Source: Desulfomonilia bacterium (GTDB lineage: Bacteria; Desulfobacterota; Desulfomonilia; UBA1062). From it: DNA of 64,000 nucleotides. The notes under the pieces were generated by a model. That model was not told where the DNA came from. It searched no databases and worked only from the letters and a program-made list of their open reading frames with translations. The stretch is from assembly GCA_050014195.1 (NCBI GenBank), contig JBEKDT010000002.1:153-64152 (forward strand), in the 5' to 3' direction. The translations under genes and the position numbers were made by a program. Of this stretch, positions 41,518 to 50,856 are shown in pieces. Every line of letters begins with the position of its first letter. The stretch's first letter is position 1.

Positions 41518-42729
41518 TCAGATCTCCTTTCCCCAAATGGTGGCGATATTGTTGAATCCCGATCCGCCGCCTGCGTTCTGGTAAACGTATTTACAGTTCT
41601 TTACCTGGCGCTCCCCTGCTTTTCCCATGAGCTGCCTGGCTGTCTCTACGTAGGTGGCGGCACTGACACCCGATCCGGTATGCCCCCTGCCAGGAGCATC
41701 GCCTATGGTTGACCAGGGGATATCCCCGCCAAAAGACATGCGTCCTTCCAGGAAATACTTGCCTCCCTGACCCGGGGGGGCTACCTCGAGCAATTCGGCT
41801 ATCAGCGGATGGGCCAGGGGATAGGCCAGGTAGCAGTTCCAGAGGCTGACATCGTTTTTGGTTATGCCTGCCTGGGCCAGGGCTTCTTTGGCAGTGACAC
41901 TGAAACCCTCCGCCACCTTGTTGAAATCCCGCATGACGCAGGTGCCGCTGAAGTAACGCACGGAATCGCCCAGTTTGTATGCAGCCGGGCGCTTCATTTT
42001 CTTGGCATCCTTGGCCGAGACCACAACCATTGCGCACCCGCCGTCGCCCAGCACGTTGCTCTCCCGCTTGTGCAGCGGCGTGTTGAGCAGATCGGAGGCC
42101 AGGACCTTCTCCACTGAAGGGACGTCCTTGCCGTAGAAGAATGAGTTCGGGTCCTTGGAAGCCCAACTTCTGAGCGCCGTAACCACCGAGGCCATCTGCT
42201 CGGGCGTGCAGCCCGAATCGTACATGTAACGATTGGCCATAAGCCCCATGATGATGTTGTAGGTGGTGCCGTAGGGATATTCCCATTGGAGGTCCACCCC
42301 TGCCTTGGCAAAGAAGTTGATCTGGTCAACAAGAGGGATCGTTGAATGCAGCGTCACATGCTGGACAATGACGGCTTTGGCAACACCGCTCTCAATCCAC
42401 TGCTCGGCGAGCCGCAGGCAGTTCGAGGTGGAGGCACCGCCTGCATTACAACTGACCGCGTCCTTGCAGCCCTTGAGCCCGAGCTCTTCGGGGAGCTTGC
42501 CGAAAGAGAGCTCTGCCGCTATCTTCGACTGGGCCTGAGGGGTCACAGAGATGACGCCTTCGATATCATTCTTGTGCAGGCCCGAGTTCCTGACCGCTTC
42601 CATGCAGGTGTCATAAATGATGTCCCAGTGGGTACGCTCCGGCATGTTACGGGTGGGGACCTCTCCAATACCGATTATAGCTATTTTGCCCTTGCTCAAA
42701 GGAACACCTCCTGAATTTTCATCTTGCAA
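41518..42729 (-). CDS. Thiolase-like protein, SCP-x / lipid-transfer-protein type
   Basis: Thiolase-fold pattern with active-site Cys region CNAGGASTSNC; paired with DUF35 as in non-condensing thiolase systems. Confidence 0.75.
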   Translation of the reverse strand: MQDENSGGVPLSKGKIAIIGIGEVPTRNMPERTHWDIIYDTCMEAVRNSGLHKNDIEGVISVTPQAQSKIAAELSFGKLPEELGLKGCKDAVSCNAGGASTSNCLRLAEQWIESGVAKAVIVQHVTLHSTIPLVDQINFFAKAGVDLQWEYPYGTTYNIIMGLMANRYMYDSGCTPEQMASVVTALRSWASKDPNSFFYGKDVPSVEKVLASDLLNTPLHKRESNVLGDGGCAMVVVSAKDAKKMKRPAAYKLGDSVRYFSGTCVMRDFNKVAEGFSVTAKEALAQAGITKNDVSLWNCYLAYPLAHPLIAELLEVAPPGQGGKYFLEGRMSFGGDIPWSTIGDAPGRGHTGSGVSAATYVETARQLMGKAGERQVKNCKYVYQNAGGGSGFNNIATIWGKEI

Positions 42730-42744
42730 AAATGTTCATCACTG

Positions 42745-42779
42745 AAGTATATGAACCGTACCGTACGGTTCATATACTT
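42745..42779. promoter_or_regulatory. Perfect 16-bp inverted repeat with 3-bp spacer in the divergent promoter region (candidate operator)
   Basis: AAGTATATGAACCGTA ccg TACGGTTCATATACTT lies between the thiolase operon start (42729) and the regulator gene (43052). Confidence 0.6.
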
Positions 42780-43051
42780 AAGTAACAGGGCAAAGGTTCT
42801 TTGTCAAGGGGTAAAAAGGCTCATGACAACATTGGCAAAGGAAGTTGTGATAAGTTGCCTAATAGAGAGGATAAACAAGGATTGCAAAGTCCGCACATTC
42901 CAGAGGGGATTTTTGAGCAAATATCCATTACTTTGATATGGCCCTGGAGGAAACAAGGATAGGATGAGAATAGATATCGGATATTCTTCCCTTGTAAGGC
43001 AAAAGGTGTCTATGCTTAATAAAAGGCTGAAAAAGAAGGATTTATGATTAC

Positions 43052-44752
43052 ATGAAAAACCATCCAGAATACATGAAAATATCCGAGCTGAGCACACATT
43101 CGGGGATACCGGCAGCCACCATATGGTATTATACAAGGATGGGCCTTCTCCCAAGGCCGGTCAAGTACGGCAGGACAGTAACATATTATACTCCCATACA
43201 CCTCGAACGACTCGAACAGATCCGTTCCTTCAAGCAAAAGGGACTATCGCTTGCCGCCATTTCAGATATTTTGAAAGATGAAAGTCTTGCTTCTTATGAT
43301 GGGCTGAAATCCGACGCGGTATATGAGAGCAAGAAAGACATCATCATGCAGGCGGCGGTCGAGCTCTTCCGTGAGAAGGGTTATAACTCTACAACCATAC
43401 GTGACATTGCAGTCAGGGCCGGGATTGGCAAGATTACATTTTACCAGTACTTCAAAGACAAGAGAGAACTCTTTCTCGAGTGCGCTGACCATGTCTTCTA
43501 CGACATCGGTAAAGACGACCCTTCCATCAGGGATGAACTGGATGGCCTGAAGCGCCTCTGGAACCGGGGCTACTCTTTCTTCCATAATAACCTTCACATG
43601 ATTGACATGCTCAATCTGGCCCGGGGGGTTTCGGTGAACCGGGAAAGCCGGTTCGAGCAGATGCTCGAAAAGGTCATGGAGAACCTCATAAACCCCATCG
43701 AGGCGGATCTCCTCATGGCAAGCAGGCAGGGTCAAATCCATTTCAATGATATCCGAGTGCTCGCTCACTTCTTCATGGGCGGTGTTGAGTACTGCTCCTA
43801 TTATATACAGAACCATCTGGACAATAATGTAGATGATTTTCTTGCGAAAGCCTGGGTTATGGTCCTGCATGCCCTTTCATCAGGTCAAGGCTTGAAAGTG
43901 ACAGGGGGAGCCGAGTCATATGGAAATCTTATCAAGATGTCTGAGCTTTCGAGGAAATCCGGGATTCCCACTTCGAAGATACGGCACTACATCCAGGAGG
44001 GTCTACTACCTCCTTCCATTAAAACCGGTAAAGCCAGGGAATACTACACGGAGATCCATCTTGAACTCCTAGAATTAATCAGGAAGAAACAGGGCATGAA
44101 AAGCGAGTCATCGAGTACGATCAACGAGGAGATACAACGTAAGGGTCCTATGCATGAGTCGAGTACAGACCATTCGAACAAACCCTCGGGCAAGCGTGAA
44201 GAGATCTTGTCAGCCGCCACAGAACTGTTCCTCAAGAAGGGTTATGCGGACATGAGCATTTCTGAGCTTGCACGCCACGCGCACATGAGCAAGGAAACCA
44301 TATACCTGAATTTCCGGAGCAAGGAAGAGCTCTTCATGGCCTGTGCAGACAGGATATTTCACGGCCTGTACGAAACCGTTTGGACCGAGATCAAAGGGGA
44401 GAAGGACATGGCACAAAGGATTTCCATACGGGGGAAGGCCTTCTTTTCCTCTTTCTCCAGGTGGATCGATATGATGAACCTTGTGAGGAGCCTTTCGGTT
44501 GGTGACAACCCTTCCTTCAAGGAAAAGTTCAGACAGCTCTTATGGCAGATGGTGGAACCCATGATCCGGGAGTTAGAGCACCTGAAGCAGAAAGGCCTCG
44601 TCCGTAGAGAAGTCGACAATACCCTAGTGGCATATATACTCATGGGTTTGGCAGAATACGGCGCGAAGCTTTCCCTTCATGAAGGCCGTAGCGCCGAAGA
44701 AATGTTGTCTTATATAGCTATTCTCCTCGAAAAGGGTATAGGACACGCTTGA
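43052..44752 (+). CDS. Transcriptional regulator with tandemly duplicated [MerR-type HTH + TetR-type domain] modules
   Basis: Residues 9-75 carry a MerR HTH (ISELSTHSGIPAATIWYYTRMGLLP...LERLEQIRSFKQKGLSL); ~93-140 carry a TetR HTH (IIMQAAVELFREKGYNSTTIRDIAVRAGIGKITFYQYF). The pattern then repeats: ~295-350 MerR HTH (MSELSRKSGIPTSKIRHYIQEGLLP...LELLELIRK), ~392-440 TetR HTH (ILSAATELFLKKGYADMSISELARHAHMSKETIYLNF). Confidence 0.75.
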   Translation: MKNHPEYMKISELSTHSGIPAATIWYYTRMGLLPRPVKYGRTVTYYTPIHLERLEQIRSFKQKGLSLAAISDILKDESLASYDGLKSDAVYESKKDIIMQAAVELFREKGYNSTTIRDIAVRAGIGKITFYQYFKDKRELFLECADHVFYDIGKDDPSIRDELDGLKRLWNRGYSFFHNNLHMIDMLNLARGVSVNRESRFEQMLEKVMENLINPIEADLLMASRQGQIHFNDIRVLAHFFMGGVEYCSYYIQNHLDNNVDDFLAKAWVMVLHALSSGQGLKVTGGAESYGNLIKMSELSRKSGIPTSKIRHYIQEGLLPPSIKTGKAREYYTEIHLELLELIRKKQGMKSESSSTINEEIQRKGPMHESSTDHSNKPSGKREEILSAATELFLKKGYADMSISELARHAHMSKETIYLNFRSKEELFMACADRIFHGLYETVWTEIKGEKDMAQRISIRGKAFFSSFSRWIDMMNLVRSLSVGDNPSFKEKFRQLLWQMVEPMIRELEHLKQKGLVRREVDNTLVAYILMGLAEYGAKLSLHEGRSAEEMLSYIAILLEKGIGHA

Positions 44753-45001
44753 TCTTCCATCGCCTATAAAGCAGCGAGTATAAATGTTTTGATTTCTGTA
44801 ATAAATAGAAGCTTTCATACCGGGCTGAAAAGTTAAGATTCTCGAATGCTAGCTACACTCAAAAGCAAACTATATCAGAATCCACATAGTGGCACGAAGT
44901 ATTTACTTCCTATTCAATGCGGAAGAAGATGTAAGATCTTATTTGAGCTTGTATTCCTTATCTGCGGGATCAGACTGCAGCTAATATATATAAAAAGATC
45001 T

Positions 45002-45274
45002 CTACAATATCAGTACAAAGGCCTGGCGGTTTACCAGTGCCTGGTAGATCTTGGTCCGGTCTTGTTCATTCATTACCATGATGTCTAAGTTCATGCTGTG
45101 GTACTTCTTGTGTCTGCTGCTGCGTGAGGGGGTTAAGGTGTAATCAGAGCCGGTGATGGTCCGGACGACGGCCTCGCGCATTTTTTCCTGATCCGTGCCG
45201 AAAAGCTTGTAGACCCATCTGCAAGGATAGTGTATCTCCGGCTTTCCCTTTAAATAGGTAAACATAGTTTCCAT
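45002..45274 (-). CDS. YbeD/DUF493 (UPF0250) family small protein
   Basis: 90 aa whose pattern (YPCRWVYKLFG...YTLTPSRSSRHKKYHSMNLDI...IYQAL) parallels E. coli YbeD. Confidence 0.55.
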   Translation of the reverse strand: METMFTYLKGKPEIHYPCRWVYKLFGTDQEKMREAVVRTITGSDYTLTPSRSSRHKKYHSMNLDIMVMNEQDRTKIYQALVNRQAFVLIL

Positions 45275-45320
45275 TATTTAGCAGCAGGGAGTACCTGGGG
45301 CAACGATATTTATAAAGCAA

Positions 45321-47351
45321 TCATTTCTGATACATCTTCTCAATCCTGTCCTTGTACTTTTCCAGAACCACCTTTCTCTTCACCTTCATGGTGGGTGTCA
45401 GTTCACCGGTCTCTTCACTGAAGGGGGCGTCCAGCAAAGCGAAATAATTGACCTGTTGGTAATGCGCCAAGGTAGCATTCACCGCATCCACCTCAGTCTG
45501 AATGAGGGAGCGGATCTTATCATTACTCACAAGGTTGCTGTTGTCCGTAAAGCCGATCCCGTTCTTCTTTGCATAGTGCGACAGGCTTTTAAAGTCAGGG
45601 ACAATGAGGGCGGTGAGATATTTCCTGCCGTCACCCACAAGGCAGACCTGTTCGATATATGACCTTGCCTGCAGGGCAACCTCGATAGGATGCGGCGCAA
45701 TGTTCTTGCCGCCCGAGTTCACAAACAGGTCTTTTTTTCGGTCCGTGATGATGAGAAAGCCTTCTTCATCAAAGCGACCGATATCGCCGGTCCTGAACCA
45801 ACCATCCTCAGTGATGGCTGCCCGTGTGGCGTCTTCCATGTTCCAGTATCCCTTAAAGACCTGGGGCCCTCTCACCAGGATCTCGCCGTCTTCGTCGATC
45901 TTCTCTTCCGTCCAGGCCACGGGTCTGCCCACAGTGCCGGGCTTCACCCTGAGCTTATAGAGTATGGTGGAGTAGCAGAATCCGAGCTTGGCGGCAGAGA
46001 TGGGGTTTGCATAGGGGGAGATCCCTTGAGCCTGTTTGACCACCATGAGATCCAGAACCGTATCCATGACCTTGTCGAAAAACCACTGATAAAGTTTCCC
46101 ATGTTTCCCGGAATCAATGATCTCCGGTTCATTGAAATTGATCACCGGGCTGGTCTCTGTGAGTCCATATCCTTCGTTTAATTGGATATTCAGAGACCTG
46201 AAAAATACACACACCTCTTTTGAGAGTTTGCCCCCGCCGGAGAGAGCCATAACGAGCCTGTCCATGCCCATCATCTTTTTCATGCGGTCGAACACGAGCA
46301 TGTTGGCTATCCCGAACCCTGTAAGATCTAACTGGGATATCCTTTTTCCTGTTGCCATGGCATCGGTGTAGATCTCACCCTTCCTGAGGGCCCATTTGAA
46401 CAGCTTTTGATAGACCTGCTTCTGCTTGGCTATAACCGCATTGATGGTCTCATAGGTCTTCTCGTAAAACATGGGGATGGAAGTAATGACGTTCGGCCTG
46501 ACCTCCAGCAGGTTCTGTGCTATGGCACGGTAACTCTCTGCAAAGGCAAGGGTGCCTCCAAGGTAAAGGCCTATCACATGGTAATCACCCGAGCGTCCAT
46601 ATACATGGCACAAGGGCAGGTGCACCAAGGCCGTAAGTTTGGCATCCTTCTTTTTCATACGCACCATAAGCTCGGAACGGGAGGCTTGATGAATGTTTGT
46701 CACGAAATTGGATTGTGTCAGCACGACCCCCTTCGATCTCCCGGTAGTGCCCGATGTGTAGATGATGGCGGCTATTGTATCGGGTGTGACGGATCGGATG
46801 CGTGCCTCGATCTCATCTTCCGATACAGATACTCTGCCCTTTTGTACGACATCGGCAAAGGTGTAGACATCTTTCTGAGGTCCGCCATCAAAGGACTCCA
46901 TGATGATGACCGGCAATGCCTTAAGCTCTTTCAATTCATTCTTGAGACGGGTGATCTCCTCGGCTTTGGCAAGACTCGAGGTTATGACCATTTTCGAATC
47001 GCTGTCTTGAATCATGTAGGAGAGATCTTCCCTGCTCAAGGTAGGATAGAGCGGTACCCCTGTCGCACCGCACGCCTGGATGGCCTGGTCAGCTATAACC
47101 CATTCCGGTCTGCTTTCGGCAAAGAGTACACACCGGTCACCTTTATTCAGTCCCAGTGCGGCAAGCCCCCTGGCAAGGTCCAGGACCTGTCTCCTCGCTT
47201 GTCTCCAGGTTATTTTCCGATAGTTCGGAATAGGCTTTCCATAGTCATCATATTTTCCCATCAAAAAAATATGATCTTCACCGTACCGGAGCGCCTGGTT
47301 ATGAAAAAGCCCGCAAAGAGTATCATACCGGTATGACATAGAATCCTCCAT
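45321..47351 (-). CDS. Long-chain-fatty-acid--CoA ligase (AMP-forming, ACSL type)
   Basis: YTSGTTGRSKGV motif; 676 aa with the long insertion typical of ACSL-type ligases. Confidence 0.8.
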   Translation of the reverse strand: MEDSMSYRYDTLCGLFHNQALRYGEDHIFLMGKYDDYGKPIPNYRKITWRQARRQVLDLARGLAALGLNKGDRCVLFAESRPEWVIADQAIQACGATGVPLYPTLSREDLSYMIQDSDSKMVITSSLAKAEEITRLKNELKELKALPVIIMESFDGGPQKDVYTFADVVQKGRVSVSEDEIEARIRSVTPDTIAAIIYTSGTTGRSKGVVLTQSNFVTNIHQASRSELMVRMKKKDAKLTALVHLPLCHVYGRSGDYHVIGLYLGGTLAFAESYRAIAQNLLEVRPNVITSIPMFYEKTYETINAVIAKQKQVYQKLFKWALRKGEIYTDAMATGKRISQLDLTGFGIANMLVFDRMKKMMGMDRLVMALSGGGKLSKEVCVFFRSLNIQLNEGYGLTETSPVINFNEPEIIDSGKHGKLYQWFFDKVMDTVLDLMVVKQAQGISPYANPISAAKLGFCYSTILYKLRVKPGTVGRPVAWTEEKIDEDGEILVRGPQVFKGYWNMEDATRAAITEDGWFRTGDIGRFDEEGFLIITDRKKDLFVNSGGKNIAPHPIEVALQARSYIEQVCLVGDGRKYLTALIVPDFKSLSHYAKKNGIGFTDNSNLVSNDKIRSLIQTEVDAVNATLAHYQQVNYFALLDAPFSEETGELTPTMKVKRKVVLEKYKDRIEKMYQK

Positions 47352-47711
47352 GAAATAGGGTTTTGTGTGGATCGCATAACTTTAGGACCGGGCACATCAT
47401 GTCTAAAAAGCATTCAAAATCATTCCCGCCTCGGTATAGCGCCTTTGTGAAGATATGAAACGAGATAAACACTCTTCCATGAAGGAGCACAGCCCATTGA
47501 GCTCAACTCCTTATTGTAGTCAAACTCTATGAAATTGCAATGGGAAGTATGAAAAGAGAGAATCCGATTCATAGGAATAAATTAAATTTACGTATCCGGC
47601 AAAGATGCATGAAGTGCTGATCTCCCTGTGATCACAAGTGATTTTCTCCTTGAGATCGTCCATGAAATGGCTGTATGATAGCGTGTATACAAGAGGACGA
47701 GGAGGTGTATT

Positions 47712-47972
47712 ATGGCGGGTGAGAAAAAACTGATCGGGAAGGTTACCCACTTCTTCAGCAAGATCAGCGTAGCCGGCATCGAGCTCAGCGAAACTCTCAA
47801 GGTGGGAGACAAGATATCCATCGAGGGCGCCACCACGAACTTCGAAGAAAACATTGAATCCATGCAGATCGACAATAAGGTCGTGCCTGAGGCCAAGGCA
47901 GGCGATCTCATCGGCATCAAGGTGAAGGATAAGACCAGGGTCGGTGACGACGTCTATCTCATCATAGGATGA
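47712..47972 (+). CDS. Small EF-Tu domain-2-like beta-barrel protein (translation elongation factor-like protein)
   Basis: Strong AGGAGG RBS; 86 aa; KVTHFFSKISVAGIELSETLKVGDKISIEG resembles the EF-Tu domain II barrel. Confidence 0.4.
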   Translation: MAGEKKLIGKVTHFFSKISVAGIELSETLKVGDKISIEGATTNFEENIESMQIDNKVVPEAKAGDLIGIKVKDKTRVGDDVYLIIG

Positions 47973-47997
47973 CCTGAGCCGGAATTTTCTTGGTTCT

Positions 47998-49497
47998 TCA
48001 TTTCCTCACACCCAGGATCCTTTCCACCTCGACATTCACCCTTACCGTAGGTACCTGGTTATTTCGGAACCGCACTTTGTTTGGATATACAAGTCTTGCA
48101 TTTATTGTCTGTGCCGTGGTGATCCCCGAGATATCTATGGGCTCGGTGCTTATGAATATCTTGTTGCCGGGAAGTGAGAAGGGGGCAAGCACCCACACGG
48201 ATTGAGGTTCGATATTGATCTTCTTCAGAGAATATCCGTTCGGCAGGTGGCCTAAAGTATCGATTGAGATGCGGACTTCCCTCGGATAGAGCCGGTGGGC
48301 AACAATTGCAATCTTCTCCGGTTTTATCTTCATCAGTGTCAGGTTTGACGGGATGTTTACCATGTCGGCAGAGAGCTTGATGACCTGCCTGCCTTCAATA
48401 ATCGTAGAGAGATCGATGGATATCTTGAGTGTCCTGGGTTCAAAGAGCCTGAAGGCCTGGGAAGAGCCCATGAGGGTAATGGTCGCTTCCGTCTCCCTGG
48501 ATTCCTCGATCTCCCACTCCTGGGAGATCTTGCGGTATTCTATGGGGATGGTATAATCACGCTGCACGGATTCCTTCTGGTACCCGAATACAAACCATAG
48601 TCCCAAGGCCAGTACAAGCGCCAGTCCTTTCTCCAGTGTATTCTTCCTGAACCACTGGCCCGAGAGGATCTTTGCTTTTTGTGGCATCTTAGCCTGGTAA
48701 AACTTCTCGACAAAGGAACGAAGCTCGGCGGCATTCTTCAGGGACTTTATCTCACCGTTTAGCGCAACAGTTATTGTCCCTCTCTCCTCGGAGATGACGA
48801 TACACAGGGCATCGGATCGTTCGGAAAGTCCTAAGGCTGCAGTGTGCCGCAGGCCGAATTCTCCAAGTTTATCCGTGCATGTTGACAGGGGAAGATGGCA
48901 CCCGAACTTCAACAGTCTCTTATCGCTGATGATGACGGCACCGTCATGGCCGATGGAATGGATATCAAAAATACTCGCCAGCAAGGGCTTCGTGACCAAT
49001 CCGTCGAGCTGGTATCCACCTGTTATCTGCCGTTCGAGAGGGTCATGGCCCTGTAATATAATCAATGCCCCAACTTTCTTTGAGGAAAATTCCGCCGCAC
49101 TCTCGGCGATGGCAGAGATTGTGTTTTCATCCACCAGATCGCCCTTTTTGTGGTTCTTGCCCATGGATCTCAACATGGCAAGCCGCTCGAAGAATCTTCG
49201 AATATCCTCCTGGAAGATAACCACCAGCGCAATAATAAGGATGGTGAAAAAACTCTGTAGGATGAGGGTGGTGAGATAGAGGTTGAACAGACGAGCGAGG
49301 ATGTAAACACCGCCAAGCAGGCTGATCCCCACAAATACGAGCTGTGAGGCCGTATTCTTGAACCAGATGAGGATGACATAGATGAGTGAGAAGATGATGA
49401 AGATATCGAAAAAGTCCTGCGGCCGGAAGCTTTCAAAAAAGGAAAAGATGACATCACTCATATATGCCTCATCATCCCATATAAATCCACAAATCAC
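47998..49497 (-). CDS. cdaA: Diadenylate cyclase CdaA fused to C-terminal YbbR (CdaR-like) domains
   Basis: Three N-terminal TM helices; DAC domain motifs (GALIIL, HDGAVII, GLRHTAALG, VISEERGTI); then another TM and about 190 aa of YbbR-like repeats (PIEY, IEPQSVWVLAPFSLPGNKIFISTEPIDISGITT...). Confidence 0.75.
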   Translation of the reverse strand: MICGFIWDDEAYMSDVIFSFFESFRPQDFFDIFIIFSLIYVILIWFKNTASQLVFVGISLLGGVYILARLFNLYLTTLILQSFFTILIIALVVIFQEDIRRFFERLAMLRSMGKNHKKGDLVDENTISAIAESAAEFSSKKVGALIILQGHDPLERQITGGYQLDGLVTKPLLASIFDIHSIGHDGAVIISDKRLLKFGCHLPLSTCTDKLGEFGLRHTAALGLSERSDALCIVISEERGTITVALNGEIKSLKNAAELRSFVEKFYQAKMPQKAKILSGQWFRKNTLEKGLALVLALGLWFVFGYQKESVQRDYTIPIEYRKISQEWEIEESRETEATITLMGSSQAFRLFEPRTLKISIDLSTIIEGRQVIKLSADMVNIPSNLTLMKIKPEKIAIVAHRLYPREVRISIDTLGHLPNGYSLKKINIEPQSVWVLAPFSLPGNKIFISTEPIDISGITTAQTINARLVYPNKVRFRNNQVPTVRVNVEVERILGVRK

Positions 49498-49640
49498 CTA
49501 TGGGCATGGAAAATCCGTCAATAAAAGAACATTACTGTGCGTAATATCGCGATTAGGATTATGTTGCAAGGGGGATAAGTCAGGACTACTGCTTCTTTCA
49601 ATTCCGGCTACTGAATCCTGACTCCTTGAATACTACTTTT

Positions 49641-50852
49641 TCAAAACCGTATAGCCGTTTTAATCGCCTTGTTCTTTCCCTTGTTCATGTTGACCTCAAT
49701 GAGCTCCTTATACTGCTCGATGGCGAACGTATGCGTGAGCATGTCCTCAAGGTGTATTTTTTTGTTCTGCATGAGTTCAAGTGCGATATCAAAGGCATGC
49801 TTCCTGCCGCTGAGAGTATCATTATAACCATGGCCGTAACAGCCCTTGATGGTCTGGAGCTTCAGCCACAGGGGGGTGGGATCAAAGGTCACCTTGTTGC
49901 CGATGCCCACCAGGCTTATTGTACCGCAGCCGGCCGTTACGATGAGGGCCATCTGCAGGGTGGGCGAATGGCCTACCGTATCAAATACCTTGTCAAAACC
50001 GCCCTGAACAATGCGCTCGCCCAGCATGGGCTTGTAGGCCTTTGCACCGGTGATTTTCTCGGCAGCCTCGATGATCCCGCCGTCAATCACATGATTGGCC
50101 CCTGCTCTCCTTACGTATTCGGCATTGAAGACCGAGGGCTCCACAACCGTGATAGTGCATCCGATACCAAGGCCCCGGATGGCCTTGACGATCATAGCCC
50201 CGATCACCCCTCCGCCGATGATAAGGACTCTGTCACTATCTTTTGGCTTATTGTCCAGCACCGCCTGAAGTCCCACGGCCAGAGGTTCGGTGAGTGCCGC
50301 CGATTCCGGAGTGACACCCTCAGGTATTTTATAGACCTGGCTCTTGTGCACCACCATATACTCGGCAAAGCCGCCTCCGATGTCCTTGCAGATTCCGGTG
50401 AACATTCCTGGAGAAAAGCCGCCTTCAGCAAGCTTCTCGCAATTGCCTGGCCGGCCTGCAGCACAGACCGGGCATTCAGGGGTAATCCCACGGGCTGCAC
50501 AACTCAAGCTGGGATTGATGGTCACCAGATCACCAATAACACAATTCTTTACCGAGCTGCCTGCCTCCACCACCTCACCGCATACCTCGTGCCCGAAGAT
50601 GCAAGGGAATGAGGTGAAAGGCGATGCCATGGGCGAATCCTTCACCATAACGAGGTTCAGGTCGCTCCCGCAGAAGCCGCACAGACGTGTCTTCACCTTC
50701 ATCCATTCCTGATTGGGCAATGTGGGCTCCGGTACATCTGCAAGCCTCACCGTGGAGAAGGGTCCATCATAATAGAATTTCTTATTCAAGCGCCCCATAA
50801 ATTGGAGCACCAGATAGTTGGGAACCGTAATATTAAATAACAGGGCTTTCAT
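49641..50852 (-). CDS. Zinc-dependent medium-chain dehydrogenase/reductase (sorbitol/threonine dehydrogenase-like)
   Basis: GHEVCGEV catalytic Zn motif, CGFCGSDLN structural region and GGGVIG Rossmann motif. Confidence 0.8.
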   Translation of the reverse strand: MKALLFNITVPNYLVLQFMGRLNKKFYYDGPFSTVRLADVPEPTLPNQEWMKVKTRLCGFCGSDLNLVMVKDSPMASPFTSFPCIFGHEVCGEVVEAGSSVKNCVIGDLVTINPSLSCAARGITPECPVCAAGRPGNCEKLAEGGFSPGMFTGICKDIGGGFAEYMVVHKSQVYKIPEGVTPESAALTEPLAVGLQAVLDNKPKDSDRVLIIGGGVIGAMIVKAIRGLGIGCTITVVEPSVFNAEYVRRAGANHVIDGGIIEAAEKITGAKAYKPMLGERIVQGGFDKVFDTVGHSPTLQMALIVTAGCGTISLVGIGNKVTFDPTPLWLKLQTIKGCYGHGYNDTLSGRKHAFDIALELMQNKKIHLEDMLTHTFAIEQYKELIEVNMNKGKNKAIKTAIRF

Positions 50853-50856
50853 AGCA

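Noticed and set aside
41591-42286. 231-aa and 112-aa alternative-frame ORFs within the thiolase gene
   Set aside because: They are same-strand frame-shifted ORFs with Arg/Gly/Pro-rich translation. The thiolase frame carries the conserved motifs.
46407-47336. 309-aa ORF on + strand
   Set aside because: It is antisense to the long-chain acyl-CoA ligase; it is a shadow ORF.
49626-50612. 328-aa ORF on + strand
   Set aside because: It is antisense to the Zn-dependent dehydrogenase (GHEVCGEV on the minus strand).
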